A stretch of DNA of 64,000 nucleotides from an uncultured Bacilli bacterium. GTDB lineage: Bacteria; Bacillota_I; Bacilli_A; RF39; UBA660. The first letter of the stretch is position 1, and every line of letters starts with the position of its first letter. The notes beneath the pieces were generated by a model. The model searched no databases. It had not been told where the DNA came from and saw only the letters and a list, made by a program, of their open reading frames with translations. The stretch covers positions 7,157-71,156 of the forward strand of contig CAKPRO010000008.1 of NCBI GenBank assembly GCA_934182615.1. Direction: 5' to 3'. The position numbers and the translations under genes were made by a program. Positions 36,888-45,161 of the stretch are shown one piece after another.

Positions 36888-38540
36888 ATGACAAATAAAG
36901 ATTTAGCAGATTTAATATTTCCTAATGTTACTAAGACAGTAGAAGATTATGAAGAAATGTATCCTAATAGGGATTTACCTGAAGGGGCATATGTTACTAG
37001 ATTTGCTCCTAGTCCTACTGGTTATATGCATATTGGTAATTTTATGAGTACTGTAATTAATTATAGTCTTGCTAGAAATACTAATGGGGTATTCTTTTTG
37101 AGAAATGAGGATACAGATAAAGCTAGAGAGATAGAGGATGCTGTAGATAAAATTATGGGTACTTTAAAAGAATATAATATGATACCTGATGAATATGAAT
37201 ATAATGGTCAAGTAGTAGGAAATTATGGTCCTTATATTCAGAGTGAGAGAATAGAAATATATCATGCTTTTATTAAGAGATTGATTGAAATGGGAAGAGC
37301 ATATCCTTGTTTTTGTACTAAAGATACTCTTGATGATTTGAGAAAGAATCAAGAAGAGAAGAAAATGAGAACAGGGTATTATGGTAGATTTGCTAAATGT
37401 CGTAATATTAGTACGGAAGAAGCTATTACTAGAATTAAGAATGGTGAACCATTTGTAATTAGGTTTAAATCAATGGGTGATCCAGATAAGAAGTTTGTTT
37501 TTGAGGATTTGGTTAAGGGTAGAATTGAATTTCCTGAGAATGATCAAGATGCGGTTATTATGAAGTCGGATAATTTACTTCCTACTTATCATTTTGCTCA
37601 TTTGGTTGATGATCATTTAATGCATACTACTCATGTTGTTAGAGGTGAGGAATGGTTGTCTTCAGTACCTTTACATGTTGAGTTATTTAAGGCGTTTGGT
37701 TATAAGATACCTAAATATATTCATATACCACTTATTATGAAACAAGATGGTGATATTAGAAGAAAGATTAGTAAGAGAAAAGATCCGGAAGCTAGTATGA
37801 GTTTTTATAAAGAAAAGGGATATCCTAGTGAAGCTGTTATTGAGTCTATTATGACGATTGCTAATTCTAATTATGAGGAGTGGCATACTGCTAATCATGA
37901 TAAGAGTTATTTGGATTTTAAGTTTTCTCCTAAAAAGATGTCTTCTAGTGGTGCTTTATTTGATTTGGAAAAACTAAATAATATTTCTAGAAATTATATT
38001 AGTAAAATGAGTAAAGATGCTGTTTATGATGGTTTACTTGAATGGACTAAGGATTATGATAGGGATTTTTATGATTTGATTACTAAGTATGAGGAATATA
38101 CTAAGAATATATTAAATATTGAGAGAGAGCAAAAGAAACCGAGAAAGGATTATGCTAGTTATAGTGAGATTAAAGATCAGATATTTTATATGTATGATGA
38201 ACTTTATAATCCTACTACTTATGAATGGGGAAATATTACTGATAAGGAAGAGATAATTAAAATACTTAATACTTATATTGATAGTTATTTTGATGTATCT
38301 GATAAGGAGATATGGTTTAATAAGGTAAAAGAGTTAACTGATAGTTTGGGTTATGCTAGTAATATGAAGGAATATAAGAATGATCCTAGTAAGTATAAGG
38401 GTAGTGTAGCGGATATTTCTACGGTACTTAGAGTAGCTTTAACTAGTAAGAGTATGACTCCTGATCTATATGAAATTATGAGATTATTAGGTAGGGATAG
38501 AATTATTAATAGAATTAAGAATATTGAAGAAGAACTTTAG
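36888..38540 (+). CDS. gltX: Glutamate--tRNA ligase family protein (550 aa)
   Basis: RFAPSPTGYMHIGN (HIGH region) and KISKRK (KMSKS region). It has a long C-terminal extension. Confidence 0.85.
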   Translation: MTNKDLADLIFPNVTKTVEDYEEMYPNRDLPEGAYVTRFAPSPTGYMHIGNFMSTVINYSLARNTNGVFFLRNEDTDKAREIEDAVDKIMGTLKEYNMIPDEYEYNGQVVGNYGPYIQSERIEIYHAFIKRLIEMGRAYPCFCTKDTLDDLRKNQEEKKMRTGYYGRFAKCRNISTEEAITRIKNGEPFVIRFKSMGDPDKKFVFEDLVKGRIEFPENDQDAVIMKSDNLLPTYHFAHLVDDHLMHTTHVVRGEEWLSSVPLHVELFKAFGYKIPKYIHIPLIMKQDGDIRRKISKRKDPEASMSFYKEKGYPSEAVIESIMTIANSNYEEWHTANHDKSYLDFKFSPKKMSSSGALFDLEKLNNISRNYISKMSKDAVYDGLLEWTKDYDRDFYDLITKYEEYTKNILNIEREQKKPRKDYASYSEIKDQIFYMYDELYNPTTYEWGNITDKEEIIKILNTYIDSYFDVSDKEIWFNKVKELTDSLGYASNMKEYKNDPSKYKGSVADISTVLRVALTSKSMTPDLYEIMRLLGRDRIINRIKNIEEEL

Positions 38541-38554
38541 GTTCTTTTTCTTTT

Positions 38555-38608
38555 ACTTCTCAAGCTTGTAATCTTGAGAAGTGTAAGAAAGCCTAGAGTC
38601 TTTCTTAC
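38555..38608 (-). repeat. Double-hairpin intergenic repeat, copy G (reverse type)
   Basis: acttctcaag/cttgagaagt (loop cttgtaat) and gtaagaaag/ctttcttac (loop cctagagt). It lies directly after the gltX terminator. Confidence 0.7.
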
Positions 38609-38670
38609 AAAAAATTAATATTTTTATGTATTTGTGGTATAATTGTATATAGATAGAAAGGATGATTTAA

Positions 38671-39552
38671 TTGGAAAAAGCAAAAGTATATTTTACTAAG
38701 GAAATTACTGAAGAATCTTTAGTAAAAATATATGAGAAATTAGAAATAGAATTAAAGGGTAATGTAGCTGTTAAGTTACATTCTGGTGAAGAGGGTAATC
38801 AAAATTACTTAAGACCGGAGTTTGTAAAAAATATTATTACTAGAGTAGGAGGCACTGTAGTAGAATGTAATACTGCTTATAATGGAGCAAGAAATACTAC
38901 TGAGAAACATAAGAAACTAATGGAGGATCATGAATGGAGTAAATATTATAAAGTTGATATTATGGATAGTGAAGAAGATATGTCTTTAGATATTCCAAAT
39001 GGTCTTGTTATAAAGAAAGATTATGTTGGTAGTCATTTAGATAATTATGATAGTATGTTAGTGTTATCGCACTTTAAAGGACATCCTATGGGAGGTTTTG
39101 GTGGTGCTTTAAAACAATTATCAATAGGTGTTGCTTCAAGTGGTGGTAAAGCATATATTCATACTGCTGGTAAAACTACTGATATGAATAAGTTATGGGA
39201 TAATTTACCGGAACAAGATAAATTTATTGAAGCAATGGCAGATGCTGCTTCAGCCGTACATAATAAATTTAAAGGTAATATTGCTTATATAAATGTTATG
39301 AAAAATATGAGTGTTGATTGTGACTGCTGTGCGGTTGCAGAAGATCCTTGTATGGAAGATATAGGAGTACTTGCTAGTTTAGATCCAGTAGCTATTGATA
39401 AGGCTTGTCTTGATTTAGTATATAATAGTAGTGATTCTGGTCGTGATCATTTGGTAGAAAGAATTGATACTAGACATGGTACACATATAATTGAAGCTGC
39501 TAATGAAATTGGTTTTGGTAGTAGTGACTATGAACTTATAAATATTGACTAG
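38671..39552 (+). CDS. DUF362-domain protein
   Basis: TTG start after RBS aaagga. The N-terminus KVYFTKEIT...VAVKLHSGE and the later CDCC block are typical of DUF362. Confidence 0.65.
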   Translation: MEKAKVYFTKEITEESLVKIYEKLEIELKGNVAVKLHSGEEGNQNYLRPEFVKNIITRVGGTVVECNTAYNGARNTTEKHKKLMEDHEWSKYYKVDIMDSEEDMSLDIPNGLVIKKDYVGSHLDNYDSMLVLSHFKGHPMGGFGGALKQLSIGVASSGGKAYIHTAGKTTDMNKLWDNLPEQDKFIEAMADAASAVHNKFKGNIAYINVMKNMSVDCDCCAVAEDPCMEDIGVLASLDPVAIDKACLDLVYNSSDSGRDHLVERIDTRHGTHIIEAANEIGFGSSDYELINID

Positions 39553-39558
39553 AAGGTA

Positions 39559-39587
39559 TTGTCAAAATTAAATAAATATGGTAAAAT
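39559..39587 (+). promoter_or_regulatory. Promoter of tRNA-Glu
   Basis: TTGTCA, 17-nt spacer, TAAAAT, with a TGg extended -10. Confidence 0.55.
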
Positions 39588-39618
39588 AATAATGGCTTGT
39601 GAGAAAGAAGCATTATAT

Positions 39619-39695
39619 GGCCTGTTGGTGAAGTGGCTTAACACATTGCCCTCTCAAGGCAACATTCATGGATTCGAATTCCATACAGGTCACCA
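39619..39695 (+). tRNA. tRNA-Glu (CTC)
   Basis: Close to Bacillus tRNA-Glu (GGCC.GTTGGT.AAG.GG.TTAA.ACA...), with anticodon loop ctCTCaa and an encoded CCA. Confidence 0.88.
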
Positions 39696-39707
39696 TATTT
39701 AAATATT

Positions 39708-39733
39708 AAGAACTTTGTATAGTTCTTTTTTTC
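39708..39733 (+). terminator. Intrinsic terminator after tRNA-Glu
   Basis: aagaact/agttctt hairpin followed by T7. Confidence 0.75.
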
Positions 39734-39783
39734 TTGCTTTTATTTGACTTTTAGTATATAATAGCACGTGAAAAGAGGAACTG

Positions 39784-40701
39784 ATGGAAAAAATATATTT
39801 GGGTAAGGGTAGTGTAATATTTAATAATGTTTGTAAAGAACAAGTATTGTTATCAGAAACTATAAATTTTAATAGTAGATATAAAGAAAATATTGAAATA
39901 TTTTATAAAACTCTTATTGATAAGGGAGTAGTAACTAATTTAGATAACTTTATGAGAAATATAGATAATATTAAGATATATAATAAGTGGATGAATGTTT
40001 TTAATTTGTTTGATGGAACGATGGCTGAATATGATAGTAAGAAAAATACTATTAGTTTATATACTCCTTATTTACTTGAAACGACATTTAATCATGAGTT
40101 ATTACATGTAGCTAGTTCTTATTATGATAAAGAGAATGATATTAATTATTGTGGTTTTTTTCAAGAAAATAAGAGTGTTACTTTGGGGGATGCTTTAAAT
40201 GAGGGGTATACAGAATATTTGAATGATAAATTATTTTATATTGATATTTCTAAAACATATTATTTATATGAGATGGTTGTGGCATCTTTGATGGAGATTA
40301 TAGTGGGACCTAATAATATGCAGAAATTGTATTTTGATGGGGATTTGTATTCTTTAATTAATATATTAAAGAAATATAATACTTTAGATGGTATTAGGAA
40401 ATTTTTATTGAAGATGGATTTTATTATGGATAATAGGGATAATATGTTACTTAGAAATAAGGTTGTAAAATATATTTATGATGTTAATTATTTTTTGATG
40501 GTATCTTATACTAATAAATTATTATATTTATTTAACAGTGGTATTATATCTTTGATAGAGTTAGAATATTTATTGGGATTATTTACTTGTAAATTAAAAA
40601 AAATATTGGATATTAAGTTACCGATTAGAAGAAGGAAACTTAGAAATAATATTATTGATAATAGAGAGATTGCTTTATATAAAGTTAAGCAAAGAGTATG
40701 A
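39784..40701 (+). CDS. Putative zinc metallopeptidase (HExxH ... NEGxxE)
   Basis: HELLH motif followed 32 residues later by NEGYTEY, which is gluzincin-like. It is otherwise unrecognised. Confidence 0.45.
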   Translation: MEKIYLGKGSVIFNNVCKEQVLLSETINFNSRYKENIEIFYKTLIDKGVVTNLDNFMRNIDNIKIYNKWMNVFNLFDGTMAEYDSKKNTISLYTPYLLETTFNHELLHVASSYYDKENDINYCGFFQENKSVTLGDALNEGYTEYLNDKLFYIDISKTYYLYEMVVASLMEIIVGPNNMQKLYFDGDLYSLINILKKYNTLDGIRKFLLKMDFIMDNRDNMLLRNKVVKYIYDVNYFLMVSYTNKLLYLFNSGIISLIELEYLLGLFTCKLKKILDIKLPIRRRKLRNNIIDNREIALYKVKQRV

Positions 40702-41608
40702 ATAAGATAAATGATATTATACTAGATATTATTGATTGATATATTCTACCTTTTAAGTAGTTATGATATGGTATATCTTCTAGAATAGAAATTACTTGCA
40801 TATGAATGGATAAACCTCCGAAAGATATTATTATAGAACTAAATATTACTTTGTATATATCTTTTATATTTAATAATGATAGAGAAGATAGTCCCATAGT
40901 CATTTCAAGAATGCTTTTAATTATTACAGATAAATAATTATTTAATTGAAAGATATGACATATTAGGGTACTAATTATTAGAAAAGAAGTAACTGTACCA
41001 GCAATCATTAGTAGGGTATTGATACTTCTTTTTATACTGTTTGAAAGAATAGTAGTAAAGCTTTGACAATTATTATTTTTAGATATATAATTGTTACTAG
41101 GGATATTGTTATTTCTAAATATGATAGCAATAATAATATTTGATAAGATATGACTAATTAGAATTATAATACCATAGATATTATTTTTTAAATAGAAGGT
41201 TCCTATTGTCTGAAGAATAAATAATGGATTTGAAAAATGAGTATATAAAAGTAAATGAGAAGCTTCATTTTTGGTTATTAGTTTTAGATCATAAGAATTT
41301 TTAATTGCTAGGGCATTACCTGGAAATCCGGATATTAAGGATATGAATAATACTAAGACTGCTTCTTTACTTATGTTTAATACTTTGGATATAAAATTAG
41401 TAATTGTATTTGGTATTATGGTTATAAAGTTATAGTTTATTAAAATATCTGATAAGACAAACATAGGAAACATTGATGGTACTAGGGTGTTAAACCAGAT
41501 ATAGAAGGATGTTAAAATAGTACTTGATACTAAGTTTTTATTAAATAAAACTAGAATTAAAATTAAAAAAGTAATTAGAATAATAATTAAATTAGAATAT
41601 TTTTTCAT
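40685..41608 (-). CDS. ylbJ: YlbJ-like sporulation integral membrane protein (nucleoside-recognition domain)
   Basis: Polytopic membrane protein. It is divergent from a ylbL-like gene, as in the Bacillus ylbJ-ylbL neighbourhood. Confidence 0.5.
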   Translation of the reverse strand: MKKYSNLIIILITFLILILVLFNKNLVSSTILTSFYIWFNTLVPSMFPMFVLSDILINYNFITIIPNTITNFISKVLNISKEAVLVLFISLISGFPGNALAIKNSYDLKLITKNEASHLLLYTHFSNPLFILQTIGTFYLKNNIYGIIILISHILSNIIIAIIFRNNNIPSNNYISKNNNCQSFTTILSNSIKRSINTLLMIAGTVTSFLIISTLICHIFQLNNYLSVIIKSILEMTMGLSSLSLLNIKDIYKVIFSSIIISFGGLSIHMQVISILEDIPYHNYLKGRIYQSIISSIISFILFILFA

Positions 41609-41652
41609 AATTTAATATATGATATAACATAAGAGAAAAGAAGGAGAATATA

Positions 41653-42636
41653 ATGAAAATAAAAGAATTTATTAAAGAGAATTATAAGTTTATAATATTA
41701 ATGATTATGATAGTATTATTCTTTAATATTAGATTACCATACTATATTATGGCTCCAGGTGGTACTATTAATATTACTGATAGAGTGGTTATGGATAATT
41801 ATAATAAAAGTAGTAAGGGTAGTTTAAATATGCTTTATGTAAGTGAGTATGAGGGAACACCAGCTTCTTTACTAATGGCTAAATTAAAGAGTTATGATAT
41901 AGAGAGTAATAAAGATAGACAAATATCTAATGAATCAGTAAAAGAAATTAATAGAAGAAATACTATTATGAGAGATAATTCTTTAGATATTGCTACGATG
42001 GTTGCTTATGCTGAGGCTGGTAAAGATATTAAGATTAAGAGCAAAAAGAATGTTGTTATTGCTAGAACTAAAGATAATGGATTAGAAGTAGGAGATATTA
42101 TATTATCAGTAGATGGTAAAGAGAGTAATGATGTTAGTGATATTAGGAAGATTATTAATACTAAGAATGAAAATGATATAGTTAAATTTAAAGTATTAAG
42201 AAATAATAAAGAAATAGAAGTGGATAGTAAAATATATTTAGAAGATAATTCTAAAGTAGTAGGAGTTATTATTATTACTGAGTATGATTATGATATTAAT
42301 CCTAAAGTAGATATTAAGTTTAAAAATAGTGAATCAGGTTCTTCTGGTGGACTTATGTTAACGCTTACTATTTATAATGCTATTACTGATGAAGATATTA
42401 TTAAAGATCGTAAGATAGCGGGTACTGGAACAATATCTTTTGATGGTACAGTAGGAGAAATAGATGGCGTTAAATATAAGATAATGGGAGCTGCTAAAGA
42501 CAATGTTGATATTGTATTTGTTCCTACTGCTAACTATGAAGAAGCAATTATGACTAAGAATAAATATAAATATGATTTGGATATTGTAAGAGTAGATACT
42601 TTTGATGAGGCAATAGATTATCTTAAAAATAATTAG
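41653..42636 (+). CDS. ylbL: YlbL/SepM-like PDZ plus Lon-type (S16) serine protease
   Basis: N-terminal anchor, a PDZ block (GLEVGDIILSVDG) and a Lon C-terminal domain (SGSSGGLMLTL...KIAGTGTI). Confidence 0.75.
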   Translation: MKIKEFIKENYKFIILMIMIVLFFNIRLPYYIMAPGGTINITDRVVMDNYNKSSKGSLNMLYVSEYEGTPASLLMAKLKSYDIESNKDRQISNESVKEINRRNTIMRDNSLDIATMVAYAEAGKDIKIKSKKNVVIARTKDNGLEVGDIILSVDGKESNDVSDIRKIINTKNENDIVKFKVLRNNKEIEVDSKIYLEDNSKVVGVIIITEYDYDINPKVDIKFKNSESGSSGGLMLTLTIYNAITDEDIIKDRKIAGTGTISFDGTVGEIDGVKYKIMGAAKDNVDIVFVPTANYEEAIMTKNKYKYDLDIVRVDTFDEAIDYLKNN

Positions 42637-42645
42637 TAATAAATA

Positions 42646-42674
42646 TTGAAAATTAAAAAAGTTTATGATAAAAT
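42646..42674 (+). promoter_or_regulatory. Promoter of G9-leader module 2
   Basis: TTGAAA, 17-nt spacer, TAAAAT, with a TGa extended -10. The sequence gtttatgataaaattaat is shared with module 1. Confidence 0.6.
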
Positions 42675-42706
42675 TAATACATAAAGTATGAAAGGAGGCC
42701 CTGCCT

Positions 42707-42760
42707 ATGGAAGTATTAGATATAGTTAACAACAAGTTAATTTTCGGGGGGGGGTTGTAA
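42707..42760 (+). CDS. Leader ORF 2 (17 aa, MEVLDIVNNKLIFGGGL) containing the G9 tract
   Basis: AGGAGG lies 8 nt upstream of the ATG. GGG GGG GGG is the homopolymer. Confidence 0.5.
   Translation: MEVLDIVNNKLIFGGGL
42746..42754 (+). repeat. Homopolymeric G9 tract
   Basis: Nine consecutive G, in the position paralogous to 21523-21531. Confidence 0.95.
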
Positions 42761-42786
42761 TCTAAATATAAATAATAATATTAATA

Positions 42787-42834
42787 AAGACTATGAAGTA
42801 ACTAGTAGTAATACTAGTCTTTCATAGTCTTTTT
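42787..42834 (+). terminator. Intrinsic terminator between leader ORF 2 and the LRR gene
   Basis: Outer 11-bp stem aagactatgaa/ttcatagtctt, inner stem actagta/tactagt with a GTAA loop, then a T5 run. Confidence 0.7.
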
Positions 42835-42852
42835 ACTATTGGAGGAATAATT

Positions 42853-44967
42853 ATGAACAAGTATAAGTTATATATGATATTTGGTATAGTATTATTAGGT
42901 TTATCTATTACTGGTAGTTTAGCATATTATATATGGAGTAGTAGTACTACTAGTATATCAGGTAATTTATGTTTACCAGAGATATATTTTACTGGAGGAG
43001 CTACGATTAATGGTAAATTAAAACCAGTATCTAGTAAAGAAGAAGGATTAATTAAAGAAGTAGAAGTAAACTTACATAAAACTTGTAATAATGATACTGC
43101 AGTAATGAATCTATATTTAAGTTTAGATTTATTACCTACAGCCTTACAAGAAAATACTTTTGTCTATGAATTATATAATGGTAGTAATGAATTAATAACT
43201 AGTGGTAACTTTAGTGATAAGAAACAAGGTGATACTATAACACTAGCTAATAATGAAATAGTAACTAGTAATGTATCTATATATACTTTATATATTTATA
43301 TAGATGGTAATAGAGATAATCCTATTACTATGAGTAATCAAAACTTTAGATTTAATATTTATGGAGAAGGAACTGGAGCTATATATAAAGAAAATGTAAT
43401 CCAAAATGAAACTACAACTCCCTCTAGTTCATCATCAACATTTCTAAATACTGAAGTACTTAGAAATCAAATAGAATCTATAACAATAGAGAAAAATAAT
43501 ATAGTACCAAGTGATGCAAAATATAGTAAAGATATATCATCAAAACAAGATGGAAGTGTAATGTTATGGTATACAGATAAAGATAATAATAGTTTATATG
43601 AAGTATCAATAGGTAGTGAGAATGGTTCACTTGAAGCTAACACTAATGGTAGTGGTATGTTCTCTTACTTAGATAATGTAGATATTCTAGATTTAACTGG
43701 TTTAAATACTAGTAATATGACTAGTATGAGTAAAATGTTTTACAATAGTACTAGTCTTAAAAACATAGATGTATCAGGATTCGATACATCAAAAGTAGTA
43801 AATATGGATTATATGTTTTTTGGATGTAATAATTTGAAAAATTTAAATGTGTTTAATTTTAATACTAGCAAAGTTAGAAATATGACCGGTATGTTTGAAG
43901 ATTGTTCTAATATAGAAAAACTTGATTTAAGTAATTTTGATACAGCAAATGTTTTATATATGGGTACTCCGGGATATGGATATGGAGGAATGTTTCAAGG
44001 ATGTACAAATTTAAAAAGTATTAATCTAAGTAGTTTTGATACAAGTAAAGTAATTTTGATGGGTAATATGTTTAGAAACTGTAAATCACTTGAGAGTATA
44101 GATTTATCAAGTTTTAATACATCAAATGTGACAAATATGGCTAGTATTTTTCGGAACTGTAGTTCTATCAAAAAATTAAATTTGTCGAATTTCGACACAT
44201 CAACTGTAACTAGTATGGCTGATATGTTTAACGGCTGTTTAGTATTAAATAATCTCGATTTATCAAGTTTTAATACATCAAATGTAACTAGTATGTCTGG
44301 TATGTTTACATACTGTTCTAATATAGAAAAACTTGATTTAAGTAATTTTAATACATCAAATGTAACAAATATGACTTCTATGTTTAGAGGATGTAAATTA
44401 TTGACGAATTTAAATATTAGTAATTTTAACACTAGTAAAGTCACTAATATGTCATCTATGTTTTCTAGTTGCAAGTCACTTGAAAACTTGTCTTTATTAA
44501 ATTTTGATACATCAAATGTAACAAATATGAATAATATGTTTAATGATTGTAGTTCTCTTAAAATTGTTGATTTATCAAGTTTTGATACCAGCAAAGTAAC
44601 AATTATGGCTGGTATGTTTGCATACTGTACTGCAATTGAAGAACTTAATTTAACTAATTTTGATACATCAAATGTAACAACTATGGATAGCATGTTTTGC
44701 AATTGTAGTTCACTTAAAATTGTTGATTTATCAAGTTTTAATACATCAAATGTAACTGATATGGGATTAATGTTTAGAATGTGTGGTAAATTAAAAACAA
44801 TTTATGCTTCAAGTTTGTGGAATGTTAATAAGGTTGACGATTCTTTTCAGATGTTTTTTTGTTGTGGTTCCCTTGCTGGAAGAGTACCATTTGATAGTAG
44901 TAAAATAGATGTAAGTATGGCTAATTATACTAATGGATATTTAACATATAAAAAGAATACTAATTAG
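42853..44967 (+). CDS. DUF285/BspA-like LRR surface protein (paralog 2) with a TasA-signal family N-domain
   Basis: Signal ends TGSLAYYIW. The N-domain is homologous to the 27205 product. More than 15 LRR units follow (LSSF(N/D)TSNVT.M..MF..C..L). Confidence 0.85.
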   Translation: MNKYKLYMIFGIVLLGLSITGSLAYYIWSSSTTSISGNLCLPEIYFTGGATINGKLKPVSSKEEGLIKEVEVNLHKTCNNDTAVMNLYLSLDLLPTALQENTFVYELYNGSNELITSGNFSDKKQGDTITLANNEIVTSNVSIYTLYIYIDGNRDNPITMSNQNFRFNIYGEGTGAIYKENVIQNETTTPSSSSSTFLNTEVLRNQIESITIEKNNIVPSDAKYSKDISSKQDGSVMLWYTDKDNNSLYEVSIGSENGSLEANTNGSGMFSYLDNVDILDLTGLNTSNMTSMSKMFYNSTSLKNIDVSGFDTSKVVNMDYMFFGCNNLKNLNVFNFNTSKVRNMTGMFEDCSNIEKLDLSNFDTANVLYMGTPGYGYGGMFQGCTNLKSINLSSFDTSKVILMGNMFRNCKSLESIDLSSFNTSNVTNMASIFRNCSSIKKLNLSNFDTSTVTSMADMFNGCLVLNNLDLSSFNTSNVTSMSGMFTYCSNIEKLDLSNFNTSNVTNMTSMFRGCKLLTNLNISNFNTSKVTNMSSMFSSCKSLENLSLLNFDTSNVTNMNNMFNDCSSLKIVDLSSFDTSKVTIMAGMFAYCTAIEELNLTNFDTSNVTTMDSMFCNCSSLKIVDLSSFNTSNVTDMGLMFRMCGKLKTIYASSLWNVNKVDDSFQMFFCCGSLAGRVPFDSSKIDVSMANYTNGYLTYKKNTN

Positions 44968-44992
44968 AGAGATAAGTAATTGTCTCTCTTTT

Positions 44993-45097
44993 CAGTTAAG
45001 AGGTACTTCACCCCGAATATAATATCTTATGACTATTCATTCCTAGACCTTAGACTAGGAATGACATGAAATGATCTTGGCATTTCATGAAAGGTGA
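44993..45097 (+). repeat. Double-hairpin intergenic repeat, copy C (forward type)
   Basis: H1 is tcattcctag/ctaggaatga (45037-45064) with loop accttaga. H2 is catgaaatg/catttcatg (45065-45089). The tail is aaaggtga, as in copy A. Confidence 0.8.
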
Positions 45098-45161
45098 TAA
45101 ATATATCTTTTCAAAAATATAAAAATGTATTATAATTAAATAAATAGAGGAGATATAGATT

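Noticed and set aside
43995-44702. 235-aa minus-strand ORF inside the LRR gene
   Set aside because: It is a mirror-frame artefact of the periodic LRR-coding repeats. It has no independent start signals, and the plus-strand gene is clearly real.
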